DNA of 64,000 nt from Candidatus Parcubacteria bacterium (GTDB lineage Bacteria; Patescibacteriota; Minisyncoccia; Phycocordibacterales; CAIZLB01). How positions within the stretch are numbered: the first letter of the stretch is position 1; the number at the start of each line of letters is the position of its first letter. Position numbers and translations under genes: made by a program. The notes under the pieces are model-generated. The model saw only the letters and a program-made list of their open reading frames with translations. It was not told the DNA's origin and searched no databases. The stretch lies in contig JBDKLC010000005.1 of NCBI GenBank assembly GCA_039795775.1, positions 379,958 to 443,957 of the forward strand, read 5' to 3'. This document shows, one piece after another, positions 18,195-27,848 of the stretch.

Positions 18195-19445
18195 ATGCCA
18201 CAAGTAAAACCTGAAGTAGAAACATTCGCACGAATCAAAGTCGTTGGCGTTGGAGGTTCTGGAAAGAACGCTATCAACCACATGATCAACTCTAAAGTAA
18301 AGGGTGTTGATTTTCTTGCTATAAACACAGATGCACAAGATCTCCATCACTCGATGGCGAAGCAAAAGATTCACATCGGTAAGAACCTTACAAAAGGTCT
18401 AGGTGCTGGTATGAACCCAGAAGTTGGTAAACGAGCAGCTGAAGAAACTCGAGAAGAAATTCAGGAAGCTCTCAAGAACTGCGACATGGTATTCGTTGCA
18501 GGTGGCTTTGGTGGTGGTACATGTACAGGTGCAGGACCTGTAGTGGCAAAGATCGCAAAGGAAATGGGCGCACTCACAGTGGGTGTTGTCTCAAAACCTT
18601 TCTCTTTCGAAGGTCAGCAGCGAATGCGACTTGCAGAAGGTGGTCTTGAAGAACTCAGTAAATGCGTTGATGCTCTCGTTATCATTCCAAACGACAAACT
18701 CCTTTCAACAATTTCAAAAGAAACTACAGCGCGGCAGGCGTTCGCAATGAGTGATGAAGTCCTCAAACAGGCTGTTGAAGGTATTTCAGACCTTATTACA
18801 ACTCCAGGTACAGTGGGCAACATCGACTTTGCCGACATTCGAGCCGTTCTCGAAAATGCAGGCTCAGCTCTCATGGGCATTGGTATCGCAAGTGGCGAAA
18901 ACCGAGCTATCGAAGCTGCAAAGGGTGCTATCAGTTCCCCACTCCTCGATGTTTCAATGCATGGAGCAAAGGGCGTACTCTTCTCTATTGCTGGTGGCGA
19001 AGACCTCACTATGTGGGAAATTCAGGAAGCCGCTAAGATCATTACAGACTCTGTTGATCCAGATGCCAAGATTATCTTCGGTACAGTAAAAGACGAAAAG
19101 CTCAAGAAGAACGAAATTCGAATTACAGTTATTGCTGCAAACTTCCCAGACAGTGGCAGTGTACGACGATCTCTATTTGAGAATATGCGACCTTCTGCTG
19201 CACAATCAGCACCTGCGCAGTCAAACACTCAGCAAGCACCTCAGCAACAGCCACAGCAGGCTCCTGAAGCTTCACAGAATGAATCTCGAAAGATCTTCAA
19301 CTCTATTCCTGTAAACAACCAGGCGGTGAACAACGCTCCAAAGCAAGAAGAACGAAAGCCAGAAGCACCTCAGGCTCCAACTACTCCAAACGACGAAGAT
19401 GACTGGGCAGTTCCAGCATTCCTCCGACGGTCAAAATTGAAATAA
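18195..19445 (+). CDS. ftsZ: cell division GTPase FtsZ
   Basis: Tubulin signature GGFGGGTCTGAGPVVAKIAKE, Gln/Pro-rich linker, conserved C-terminal peptide DWAVPAFLRR. Confidence 0.95.
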   Translation: MPQVKPEVETFARIKVVGVGGSGKNAINHMINSKVKGVDFLAINTDAQDLHHSMAKQKIHIGKNLTKGLGAGMNPEVGKRAAEETREEIQEALKNCDMVFVAGGFGGGTCTGAGPVVAKIAKEMGALTVGVVSKPFSFEGQQRMRLAEGGLEELSKCVDALVIIPNDKLLSTISKETTARQAFAMSDEVLKQAVEGISDLITTPGTVGNIDFADIRAVLENAGSALMGIGIASGENRAIEAAKGAISSPLLDVSMHGAKGVLFSIAGGEDLTMWEIQEAAKIITDSVDPDAKIIFGTVKDEKLKKNEIRITVIAANFPDSGSVRRSLFENMRPSAAQSAPAQSNTQQAPQQQPQQAPEASQNESRKIFNSIPVNNQAVNNAPKQEERKPEAPQAPTTPNDEDDWAVPAFLRRSKLK

Positions 19446-19454
19446 TTCAATCTT

Positions 19455-19487
19455 AAAAAAGGCCCCAGCAATGGGGTCTTTTTTTGT
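19455..19487 (+). terminator. intrinsic terminator after ftsZ
   Basis: AAAAAAGGCCCC-agcaat-GGGGTCTTTTTTTG. Confidence 0.75.
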
Positions 19488-19529
19488 AAAAAGTTTATAA
19501 AAAAATATTCGTGCTGACACCAACTACCT

Positions 19530-20486
19530 GTGATATTATATTCATCTATGACATACGACTTAACAATCATCGGCGGTGGACCAGGCGGTGTTGCAGCTGG
19601 TGTATACGCTTCGCGAAAAAAATTAAAAACTCTTTTTGTCACTGAATCTTTTGGTGGACAAAGTATTGTATCCGAAGGCATCGAAAACTGGATCGGAACA
19701 ATCAAAATTTCAGGAAATGATCTCGCGAAATCTCTCGAAGAACACCTCCGAGCATATGCAGCCGATATTGTTGATATCAAAACAGGCCAGTGGGTAAAGG
19801 GCGTAGAAAAAAACGCAGATGGCACATTCACTATTCATACAAATGATGGCATGAAGGATGAATCATTTATCTCAAAGACTGTTCTCATTACGACTGGTAG
19901 TAAGCGAAGAAAACTTCCAGCAAAAGGTGCAGAAGAATTCGATAACAAAGGTCTCACCTACTGCGCAACTTGCGACGGACCGCTCTTCGGAGGCCAAGAC
20001 GTTATCGTTGTCGGCGGTGGTAACGCAGCCTTCGAAAGTGCAGCTCAGCTTGCGGCATATTGTAAAAGCGTAAGTATCTTCAATCGAAGTGACGAATTCA
20101 GAGCTGACCCTGTAACAGTCGAAAAAGTTCTCGCAAAAGACAATGTAAAAGCTGTAAAAAACGTAGACATTGTTGAAGTAAAAGGCGACAAATTCGTAAA
20201 CGCTGTTGTATACAAAAACAACACAACAGGTGAACAACTTGAACATCCTATTGCTGCTATCTTCGTAGAAATTGGACTCCTTCCAAACACAGGATTCGTT
20301 TCAAATGTTGTTGAGCTCGATCAATATGGAAAAGTTGTTGTTGATCCAAAGACACAACAGACAAAGACACCTGGCATTTGGGCCGCTGGAGACTGTACAG
20401 ATGGCCTCTATCACCAGAACAACATCGCAGCTGGTGACGCCGTAAAAGCCCTCGAGGACATTTACGTACACCTTCACGCGCGGTAG
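19530..20486 (+). CDS. trxB: thioredoxin-disulfide reductase
   Basis: FAD motif GGGPGG, redox-active CATCDG, NADPH motif GGGNAA. Confidence 0.8.
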   Translation: MILYSSMTYDLTIIGGGPGGVAAGVYASRKKLKTLFVTESFGGQSIVSEGIENWIGTIKISGNDLAKSLEEHLRAYAADIVDIKTGQWVKGVEKNADGTFTIHTNDGMKDESFISKTVLITTGSKRRKLPAKGAEEFDNKGLTYCATCDGPLFGGQDVIVVGGGNAAFESAAQLAAYCKSVSIFNRSDEFRADPVTVEKVLAKDNVKAVKNVDIVEVKGDKFVNAVVYKNNTTGEQLEHPIAAIFVEIGLLPNTGFVSNVVELDQYGKVVVDPKTQQTKTPGIWAAGDCTDGLYHQNNIAAGDAVKALEDIYVHLHAR

Positions 20487-20571
20487 GCCACCCCTACACG
20501 AATAGCCCTGTCCTGGCCTATCACAGCCACTTTTTTGCATTTTTCCAAAAAAATGTTATATTTCCTGAGCT

Positions 20572-20643
20572 GGCCCTATCGTCTATCGGTTAGGACACAA
20601 GATTTTCAATCTTGGAAGCCGGGTTCGACTCCCGGTAGGGTCA
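20572..20643 (+). tRNA. tRNA-Glu (anticodon TTC)
   Basis: Acceptor GGCCCTA/TAGGGTC (one G-U), anticodon stem CAAGA/TCTTG with loop TTTTCAA, T-arm CCGGGTTCGACTCCCGG. Confidence 0.8.
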
Positions 20644-20724
20644 CACGATCAAAAAAGCTCCTGAGCATTCAGGGGCTTTTTTGTATTGCAGTGAAACCAA
20701 GCAGTCCCAAGACTATCTTACCAA

Positions 20725-20979
20725 CTAATCCAAAAGATAAACAATACCAGCTGTAATAATAAGCGATGCAATAAACACCAGAGTGCTGTATGCAGTACCG
20801 ATACCAAAACCTTTTTTAGATAGAACGCAGAGCGCGATTATTGTTATAGCTGGAATAGAAAAAACGAGCGCAAGTAACATTGATAACCACGAGCCTGAAA
20901 ATAAAACTCCAAACAAAAAGACAAATATTGATACTGTAATAATCCACATGACTGACAAAACAATAAGTGTGTTATTCAT
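20725..20979 (-). CDS. hypothetical small membrane protein
   Basis: 84 aa, three hydrophobic helices. Confidence 0.4.
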   Translation of the reverse strand: MNNTLIVLSVMWIITVSIFVFLFGVLFSGSWLSMLLALVFSIPAITIIALCVLSKKGFGIGTAYSTLVFIASLIITAGIVYLLD

Positions 20980-21021
20980 GATGCGTATATTGTAACATTT
21001 AGGTTAAAAGTTAGTACTTAT

Positions 21022-22032
21022 TTAATTTGTACTCGTCGCACTCTTCGCACCGACAGCATTCACAACAAACTGATCTGCGATTCGACCCTTGATATCTTTG
21101 AAATAACATTCTGCTCGGTTCTTGTCGCCGTTTGTACCAAATGTACAAAAGAGTGCTCCAGGAAGAGCTTTCTGTGTTGACGTGTACACTGTTGCCCACC
21201 ATGGACCATTAAGTTTCTGTGGTCGAACACTCTGTCCTCCAAGGCCTGATACAAACGCAAACGACTTCCCTTTCTCGAGCTGAAGTACATTTGATGAAGT
21301 GGCTACCGTTTTGTTTTTAAAACTTGAGAGAAGCTTTGTTCGTGAGTATGAATGCTCGTGCGCTGTCGCAACAATAGCACCGGCTTTTCGACATTCTTCG
21401 TATACGCCCCATCCAACTTCATCTTTTTTGTCACCGAGTTGCATAGCTCGCATGTTTTCATGCCATGCACATACGTTCCATGTTGATGTACTAATAGCGA
21501 GCTGTGACTTTATATATCCCACATGGTCTTTTTCGGTAAGGTTTGGTGTTGTGAGAACAAATGTAATATCTTTGTATGTACATGTTGATTCAACTCCATT
21601 TTCTCCAGTACATTTTAAATACTTAGCACTAGTAATCTGCTCTTCGATTTTCTTTTTATATTCGTCCCATTTCTTGAGCTCGTGATTTCCAAGGACAGTG
21701 AGATAATCTGTACTACTTCCGAGTATCGCAGCATATTGCTCTACCCAGGCATCAGGATTGTCGGCATAATCGATATCACCGAGATGTACAAGCAATTCAG
21801 CGCCCTCATTTTTAACCAAACGAAGCACGTCTTTTGATTGACTTGTTAGTCCTTGATCCCCAAAAAAAGCCACTCGAACACCACCACGTTTGAGAACGCT
21901 GTCTGAGTAGAATGTGTCGGTTATTTTGCCTGGCATACTGAAGCTGTATTGAGTGTAAATATATCCAATAACAATGGCTACACATACAGCCATAAATAGA
22001 AGCAGACCCCAGAGCTTGTATTGATATTTCAT
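21022..22032 (-). CDS. calcineurin-like metallophosphoesterase, membrane-anchored
   Basis: Motifs AFFGDQG, HLGDIDYAD, GNHE, and a later H..H pair. N-terminal TM anchor. Confidence 0.75.
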   Translation of the reverse strand: MKYQYKLWGLLLFMAVCVAIVIGYIYTQYSFSMPGKITDTFYSDSVLKRGGVRVAFFGDQGLTSQSKDVLRLVKNEGAELLVHLGDIDYADNPDAWVEQYAAILGSSTDYLTVLGNHELKKWDEYKKKIEEQITSAKYLKCTGENGVESTCTYKDITFVLTTPNLTEKDHVGYIKSQLAISTSTWNVCAWHENMRAMQLGDKKDEVGWGVYEECRKAGAIVATAHEHSYSRTKLLSSFKNKTVATSSNVLQLEKGKSFAFVSGLGGQSVRPQKLNGPWWATVYTSTQKALPGALFCTFGTNGDKNRAECYFKDIKGRIADQFVVNAVGAKSATSTN

Positions 22033-22065
22033 ATACTACATAGTATAACCTAAATACATATTCGT

Positions 22066-23283
22066 ATGATTATTCTCTCAATCGAAACAAGCTGTGATGA
22101 AACAGCAATAGCTATCCTCGAAGCAAACGGTGACGCCACATCGCCGTCGTTTAGACTGCTTGGAAATGCACTGTACTCACAAGCCAAAAGCCACGCCGAA
22201 TTCGGCGGTGTCTTCCCTATGCTCGCGAAACGTGAACATGGCATAAACATTGTTCCTTTGTTGTCTAAAGCACTAGGTGAAGCAAAAGACAACGGATTAC
22301 AGTTTGCACCACGCGAGGCAACTATTTCTCAAGAAAAGATAAATGAAATCTCAAAAATTCTCGAACGAGAAAATGATCTTGCTCAACTTTTCTTAAATTT
22401 TATTTCAACTAATGCTGAAATTCCAAAGATTGATGCTATCTGCGTTACAAACGGCCCAGGTCTCGAACCAGCACTTTGGGTAGGTATCAGTTTTGCCAAA
22501 GCTCTTTCTACAGCATGGGATATTCCAGTGGTACCCGTAAATCATATGGAAGGTCATATTGTATCTGTACTCATGTCATCACAGACAGACAACTCGGTAC
22601 AATTCCCAGCACTCGCTCTCCTCATTTCAGGCGGCCATACAGAGCTTCTCCTCATCAACAATTGGCATGACTACACAGTCATCGGTCAAACTCGAGATGA
22701 TGCTATCGGAGAAGCTTTTGATAAAGCAGCTCGTATCCTCGGCCTCCCGTATCCAGGCGGACCTGAAATTTCAAAACTCGCTGCGGAACGTCGTGCATCA
22801 AACGCATCATCTACTCGACCGTACGAACTCCCGCGTCCAATGCTCAAAAGCCCCGACCTCGACTTCTCGTTTTCCGGCATCAAGACAGCAGTGCTCTATC
22901 TCGTAAAAAAACTTAAAGAAGATGCTCTCGCTGCGGGTACTACTGCCGCACATCTTTCTCCTGAAATTGTGTCGGCTATCTGTGCTGAATTTGAAAACGC
23001 GGTAACAGAAGTGCTTGTCGAAAAAACACGAAAAGCGATGGAGCAAACAAACGCAAAAACACTCATACTCGGTGGCGGTGTAGTAGCAAATACATTTATT
23101 CGTGCAAATTTCGAGCAACTCATCGCCAAAGATTTTTCATATGCACAGCTCTTCGTACCATCTGTAGATATGTCGACAGACAATGCTGTCATGATCGGCA
23201 TTGCGGGGTACCTCAGATATATTGCTAACCCTCAAGCGGCTATTTCTTCAGATTTCAAAGCTCAAGGAAACTTACGTCTGTAA
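22066..23283 (+). CDS. tsaD: tRNA N6-adenosine threonylcarbamoyltransferase TsaD (Kae1/YgjD family) with an internal insertion
   Basis: MIILSIETSCDETAIAIL, HMEGH metal motif, GGV..N C-terminal region. 405 aa. Confidence 0.85.
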   Translation: MIILSIETSCDETAIAILEANGDATSPSFRLLGNALYSQAKSHAEFGGVFPMLAKREHGINIVPLLSKALGEAKDNGLQFAPREATISQEKINEISKILERENDLAQLFLNFISTNAEIPKIDAICVTNGPGLEPALWVGISFAKALSTAWDIPVVPVNHMEGHIVSVLMSSQTDNSVQFPALALLISGGHTELLLINNWHDYTVIGQTRDDAIGEAFDKAARILGLPYPGGPEISKLAAERRASNASSTRPYELPRPMLKSPDLDFSFSGIKTAVLYLVKKLKEDALAAGTTAAHLSPEIVSAICAEFENAVTEVLVEKTRKAMEQTNAKTLILGGGVVANTFIRANFEQLIAKDFSYAQLFVPSVDMSTDNAVMIGIAGYLRYIANPQAAISSDFKAQGNLRL

Positions 23284-23348
23284 TAACACCTATACGTTGT
23301 TGCATTCGGAGTATTCATACAGCATTCAGGGTGTCAGCGAGCAGTAAA

Positions 23349-23433
23349 ATTTCACTGTGACACTTCTTGGCACTCATATGACATACAAATGACATCCGGA
23401 TGTCGCGGTTCTGACACATAATGTCACAGTGAT
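23349..23433. repeat. palindromic intergenic element copy A (TTTCACTGTGACA ... TGTCACAGTGATA)
   Basis: 11-nt inverted repeats about 60 bp apart with internal TGTGACA/TGACAT half-sites. Lies upstream of valS. Confidence 0.5.
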
Positions 23434-23533
23434 AAATTCTATTCTTTCGATATATGGTTATTTCTGAAGAGCATAAAATATTTTCTCGGGACAATGGAAA
23501 AAACTCTCAAAATCTGCTACTATAGGCCTAACT

Positions 23534-25810
23534 ATGGCCACAAACATCCCAGCGAAGCTTCTTTCTCCGTACAACCCCGCAGAAACAGAAACTCCTATTT
23601 ACCAACTTTGGCAAAAGAGTGGTCTTTTTAATCCTGACGAATCAATCAAGCTTGGTATCACAAAACCTGATGCTGACCCTTTTACTATCATTCTTCCGCC
23701 TCCAAACGTAACTGGGACACTCCACCTCGGTCACGCTCTCATGATCACTATTCAGGATATTCTCATTCGATTCAAACGAATGCAGGGCAAAAAAACTCTT
23801 TGGATTCCTGGTACCGACCACGCAGCTATTGCCACACAAGCAAAAGTTGAAAAAGAAATTTCTAAAAAAGAAGGAAAATCTCGATACGATCTCGGACGAG
23901 AAGAAATGCTCAAGCGAATTGAAGCATTCGCGCAGCAAAGTCACGACACTATTGTCTCTCAGGTAAAGCGACTTGGGGCTTCTACTGATTGGTCACGAGA
24001 AGCCTTCACTCTCGACGAACAGCGAAACCTCGCAGTACGAACAGTATTCAAAAAAATGTTTGATGATGGTCTCATCTATCAAGGATCACGAATTGTAAAC
24101 TGGGATCCAAAAGGTCAGACAACTATCGCTGACGACGAAATCGTGTACGAAGAAGAAAAATCTAAGTTCTACTATTTCAAATACGGACCGTTCACTATCG
24201 GTACAGCACGACCTGAAACAAAATTCGGCGACAAATACGTAGTAATGCACCCTGATGATGCTCGGTATGCAGCATATGAGCATGGTCAGAAGATTGATCT
24301 CGAATGGATCAACGGTCCTATTACAGCAACGGTTATCAAAGATACCGCTATCGACATGGAATTCGGTACTGGTGTCATGACTATTACTCCTTGGCACTCA
24401 AACGTAGACTTTGAAATTGCTGAACGACATAGCCTCGACAAAGAGCAAATTATAGACAAATACGGCAAGCTGCTCCCTATTGCTGGTGAATTCGCTGGCA
24501 TGAAGATCAAAGAAGCTCGAGAAAAGATTGTAGAAAAATTGCAGTCAAAAGGTCTTGTAGAAAAAATTGAAGACACATACGTTCACAAGATCGCTACAGC
24601 TGAACGAACAAACGGCATCATCGAACCTCAAATCATGAAGCAGTGGTTCGTTGCTGTAAACAAAGAATTCACAACTCCTCATTCTGAAATTAATGGCATC
24701 GCATCAGGTTCAAAAACAACTCTCAAAGAGCTTATGCGAAAGGCAGTAGATGGCAAACAAGTGCAGATTCTTCCCGACCATTTCGATAAGACATATTTCC
24801 ACTGGATCGACAACCTTCGAGACTGGTGTATTTCACGACAGATTTGGTACGGTCATCGAATCCCTGTTTGGTATAAATCATCAAGTCTAGGCTTAATGGG
24901 TGTTGGTGGAGGATCACAAATTTACTGTGGTATTGAAGCACCTGAAGGTGAAGGCTGGGTACAAGATGAAGATACACTCGACACATGGTTCTCATCTGGC
25001 CTTTGGACGTTCTCTACTCTTGGATGGCCATCATCTACAGTAGACCTCAAGACATACCATCCTACAAATATTCTCGTTACAGGATATGAAATTCTTTTCT
25101 TCTGGGTGGCACGAATGATTCTTATGACTGGCTATATGTTCGGTACAATTCCATTCAGTACTGTATATCTCAACGGTACAGTACGAGATAGTCAGGGACG
25201 AAAAATGAGTAAATCTCTCGGTAACGGTGGAGATCCAATCGAAACATCAGAAAAGTACGGCGCTGACGCTCTTCGAATGTTCCTCGCTACAGCAACAACT
25301 CCAGGCATGGATAGTCGAATTTATGAAGATAAAATCAAGGGATATAAACACTTCTCAAACAAGTTGTGGAATATCACTCGATTCATTCTCACAAATACAG
25401 AAAACTATACATATGATGCGCAATTCTCTGCGTGGTCTGAGGCTGATGAAGCTCTCACAGCTGAACGAACTGAATTCATTCAGACAATCACAAAAGAAAT
25501 GGAAGAATACAAATTACATCTTTCTTCAGAACATATTTATAAATATGTATGGACACGATTTGCAGATGTTATTCTTGAAGAAAGTAAATTGATATTCAAA
25601 GACGGTGATGAAGCTGCTAAAGCATCTCGAGCACAATTTTTACACCACACACTTCGAATTATTTTGCGAGTAACTCACCCATATATGCCACATGTGACAG
25701 AAGAACTCTGGCTTCTTCTTACAACGGGGAAAAGTATCTCAGAAATTTCTGAACAAAATGTTACAATTGAGCCAAGCAAATTGCTTCTTGCTCAATCATG
25801 GCCGGCATAA
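23534..25810 (+). CDS. valS: valyl-tRNA synthetase (compact)
   Basis: PPPNVTGTLHLGHA (the HIGH region in its ValRS form) and KMSKSLGN. 758 aa. Confidence 0.9.
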   Translation: MATNIPAKLLSPYNPAETETPIYQLWQKSGLFNPDESIKLGITKPDADPFTIILPPPNVTGTLHLGHALMITIQDILIRFKRMQGKKTLWIPGTDHAAIATQAKVEKEISKKEGKSRYDLGREEMLKRIEAFAQQSHDTIVSQVKRLGASTDWSREAFTLDEQRNLAVRTVFKKMFDDGLIYQGSRIVNWDPKGQTTIADDEIVYEEEKSKFYYFKYGPFTIGTARPETKFGDKYVVMHPDDARYAAYEHGQKIDLEWINGPITATVIKDTAIDMEFGTGVMTITPWHSNVDFEIAERHSLDKEQIIDKYGKLLPIAGEFAGMKIKEAREKIVEKLQSKGLVEKIEDTYVHKIATAERTNGIIEPQIMKQWFVAVNKEFTTPHSEINGIASGSKTTLKELMRKAVDGKQVQILPDHFDKTYFHWIDNLRDWCISRQIWYGHRIPVWYKSSSLGLMGVGGGSQIYCGIEAPEGEGWVQDEDTLDTWFSSGLWTFSTLGWPSSTVDLKTYHPTNILVTGYEILFFWVARMILMTGYMFGTIPFSTVYLNGTVRDSQGRKMSKSLGNGGDPIETSEKYGADALRMFLATATTPGMDSRIYEDKIKGYKHFSNKLWNITRFILTNTENYTYDAQFSAWSEADEALTAERTEFIQTITKEMEEYKLHLSSEHIYKYVWTRFADVILEESKLIFKDGDEAAKASRAQFLHHTLRIILRVTHPYMPHVTEELWLLLTTGKSISEISEQNVTIEPSKLLLAQSWPA

Positions 25811-26523
25811 CAAATTCGCCACTGTTCGTTATAGAAATGTTCATTTATGCGCTTCTTGGAGGAATTCTCCCTGCGCTTATTTGGCTATGGTTTTGGATGC
25901 ACGAAGGACATGAACACAAAGAGCCTCGTCATGTCATTAGTTTTACCTTTCTCTTTGGGATGCTCGCTGTTCTTGCTGTATTCCCTTTTCAGCGAAGTAT
26001 TCTTTTCTTTTTCCCGACACTGACGCCACAAGATACGCCGGTTATATTTTTATGGGCATTATTTGAAGAAATAATAAAGTTTTTGGCAGCGTATATATAT
26101 GCTTTTCATATTTCTGAAGTGTATGACGAACCAATCGACGCCTTTGTGTATATGATGACTGCTGCTCTTGGCTTTTCTGCACTCGAGAATACACTATTCC
26201 TCCTTACACCGCTTCTCCAAGGCGATACGATCAGCACAATCATGACAGGAAACTTGCGATTTATGGGAGCAAGTCTTCTCCATGTTGTATGTTCAGGAGT
26301 ACTTTCTCTGTTTATAGCGTATACTTACTATAAGTCTCGTTTTAAAAAGGTTATGTACACCGTTGTCGGACTTATCACCGCTGGTGTGTTGCATACCCTA
26401 TTTAACTTTTTTATAATGAACTCTGAACGAGAGAGTTTGTTCATTATCTTCTCATTTGTCTGGCTGACTACCATCCTGCTGATCATCATCCTTGAGAGAA
26501 TAAAAATGATTAAGAAATTTTAA
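25798..26523 (+). CDS. PrsW-family intramembrane metalloprotease
   Basis: Polytopic membrane protein with an EE..K motif (LFEEIIKFLAAY) and GFSALEN. Confidence 0.6.
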   Translation: MAGITNSPLFVIEMFIYALLGGILPALIWLWFWMHEGHEHKEPRHVISFTFLFGMLAVLAVFPFQRSILFFFPTLTPQDTPVIFLWALFEEIIKFLAAYIYAFHISEVYDEPIDAFVYMMTAALGFSALENTLFLLTPLLQGDTISTIMTGNLRFMGASLLHVVCSGVLSLFIAYTYYKSRFKKVMYTVVGLITAGVLHTLFNFFIMNSERESLFIIFSFVWLTTILLIIILERIKMIKKF

Positions 26524-26558
26524 AAACTTAGCAGCACCCCAACCCAATAACGAATATT

Positions 26559-27044
26559 ATGAAAAAAAGATCTTTCTTCGAACGATTAACTGGCAGTGTA
26601 AACATAGATGATGAAGAAATTCAGGAAATGGCTGAATCGCAGTCTCGATCTGTGACTGCACAAGCTGCAGGATACAACCAAGGCCATTCAACATGGATGG
26701 AAGAACCAAGTGGCGAAGGCCAGCTCGCTGTAGATGTACATCAGACTCCTGATGACATCGTAGTGCGGACTATGATTCCTGGCGTAAAGAAGGAAGACAT
26801 AGATATTGCTGTTTCTCGAGACTCTATCACTATCAAAGGTAAGCGAATGAATGAACGAGAAGCAAAAGAAGAAGACTATTTTTATCGAGAATTGTACTGG
26901 GGTGCATTTTCACGAACAATCCAGCTTCCTCATGAAGTAGATATCGAAGGAGCAGAAGCGACAGAAAATCAGGGTCTCCTTACTATCAAGCTTCCTCGAA
27001 TCGACAAAGATCGACAGACAAAACTCCGAGTTCGATCTCTCTAA
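26559..27044 (+). CDS. Hsp20/alpha-crystallin small heat-shock protein
   Basis: ACD domain: AVDVHQTPDDIVVRTMIPGVKKEDIDIAV...GLLTIKLPR. Confidence 0.85.
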   Translation: MKKRSFFERLTGSVNIDDEEIQEMAESQSRSVTAQAAGYNQGHSTWMEEPSGEGQLAVDVHQTPDDIVVRTMIPGVKKEDIDIAVSRDSITIKGKRMNEREAKEEDYFYRELYWGAFSRTIQLPHEVDIEGAEATENQGLLTIKLPRIDKDRQTKLRVRSL

Positions 27045-27185
27045 TTGTAATTGTCACAGATTGCTATCACAAAAATAAGAGCGACTTGAATTTCAGAGAC
27101 TGGGCACGATACTATATTCGAGACTATATTCTATATGTGTATATTCGAGATTTTCGAGATTATAGACATATGTTTTTGTAAAACT

Positions 27186-27275
27186 TTTCACTGTGCCAAT
27201 TTGTGCCACACATGTGACAAGAGTTTGTTGCTGTTATGTAGTGATTGTGTCAAAAAGTGGCACAGTGAAATTTTT
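27186..27275. repeat. palindromic intergenic element copy B (TTTCACTGTGCCA ... TGGCACAGTGAAA)
   Basis: 12-nt inverted repeats about 60 bp apart with internal TGTGCCA/TGTGACA/TGTGTCA motifs. Same termini as copy A. Confidence 0.5.
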
Positions 27276-27376
27276 TGAATTTCTCTGTATACATATTCTT
27301 CAGCCTCTTCTGCGTATATATTCTTTAGACTTTCTCCTACACTCTACATTTCCATATTTCAAAATAAAATGAAATA

Positions 27377-27428
27377 AAAAAATGAAATAAAAATAAAAAC
27401 ACTCACGAATGAGTGTTTTTATTTTTAT
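27377..27428 (-). terminator. terminator downstream of tRNA-Phe (AT-rich perfect palindrome)
   Basis: AAATAAAAATAAAAACACTCA-cgaa-TGAGTGTTTTTATTTTTATTT. Confidence 0.6.
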
Positions 27429-27433
27429 TTTAT

Positions 27434-27509
27434 TGGTGCCGAGGGCCGGGCTCGAACCGGCGACCCCATCCTCTTCAGGGATATGCTCTACCAACTGAGC
27501 TACCTCGGC
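27434..27509 (-). tRNA. tRNA-Phe (anticodon GAA), CCA encoded
   Basis: Reverse complement reads GCCGAGGTAGCTCAGTTGGTAGAGCATATCCCTGAAGAGGATGGGGTCGCCGGTTCGAGCCCGGCCCTCGGCACCA. Confidence 0.85.
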
Positions 27510-27527
27510 ATGGACTTACAAGATAAA

Positions 27528-27797
27528 TTATTTCATCAACTTAAGCAAGTGGAGAAAATCTACCTTTGTGCCACTTACCTGCTGATAAATGGCAGCGATC
27601 TTTTCTAGGAAAGGCTGGATGTAGTAGAAGGCACCGATTGTAAGGCCAAGTACTACGAGCCACTTGAGAATCATAAACAAAAATGACATTCGAGCTCGAC
27701 GCTGAATACTATGCAACATTGCATTGTTGTCTTCAGTCATTTGAGCCAATTTCTTGAGTTCAACTCGAATTTCTTTAATGTCCTGATCCATGGGCAT
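27528..27797 (-). CDS. hypothetical small membrane protein
   Basis: 89 aa. N-terminal amphipathic region plus one TM helix. Confidence 0.4.
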   Translation of the reverse strand: MPMDQDIKEIRVELKKLAQMTEDNNAMLHSIQRRARMSFLFMILKWLVVLGLTIGAFYYIQPFLEKIAAIYQQVSGTKVDFLHLLKLMK

Positions 27798-27848
27798 ATC
27801 CTAGCATGTTTAAAGTCATTTTCCAACAATTTGAGGCCTTTTAGAGCC

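Noticed and set aside
26524-26558. CIRCE-like half site (TTAGCAGCAC) upstream of hsp20, considered as an HrcA operator
   Set aside because: Only one imperfect half is present. There is no inverted partner at a 9-nt spacing.
27357-27376. AAAATAAAATGAAATAAAAAAATGAAATAAAAAT apparent tandem repeat
   Set aside because: It is low-complexity A-rich sequence leading into the palindromic terminator, not a structured repeat family.
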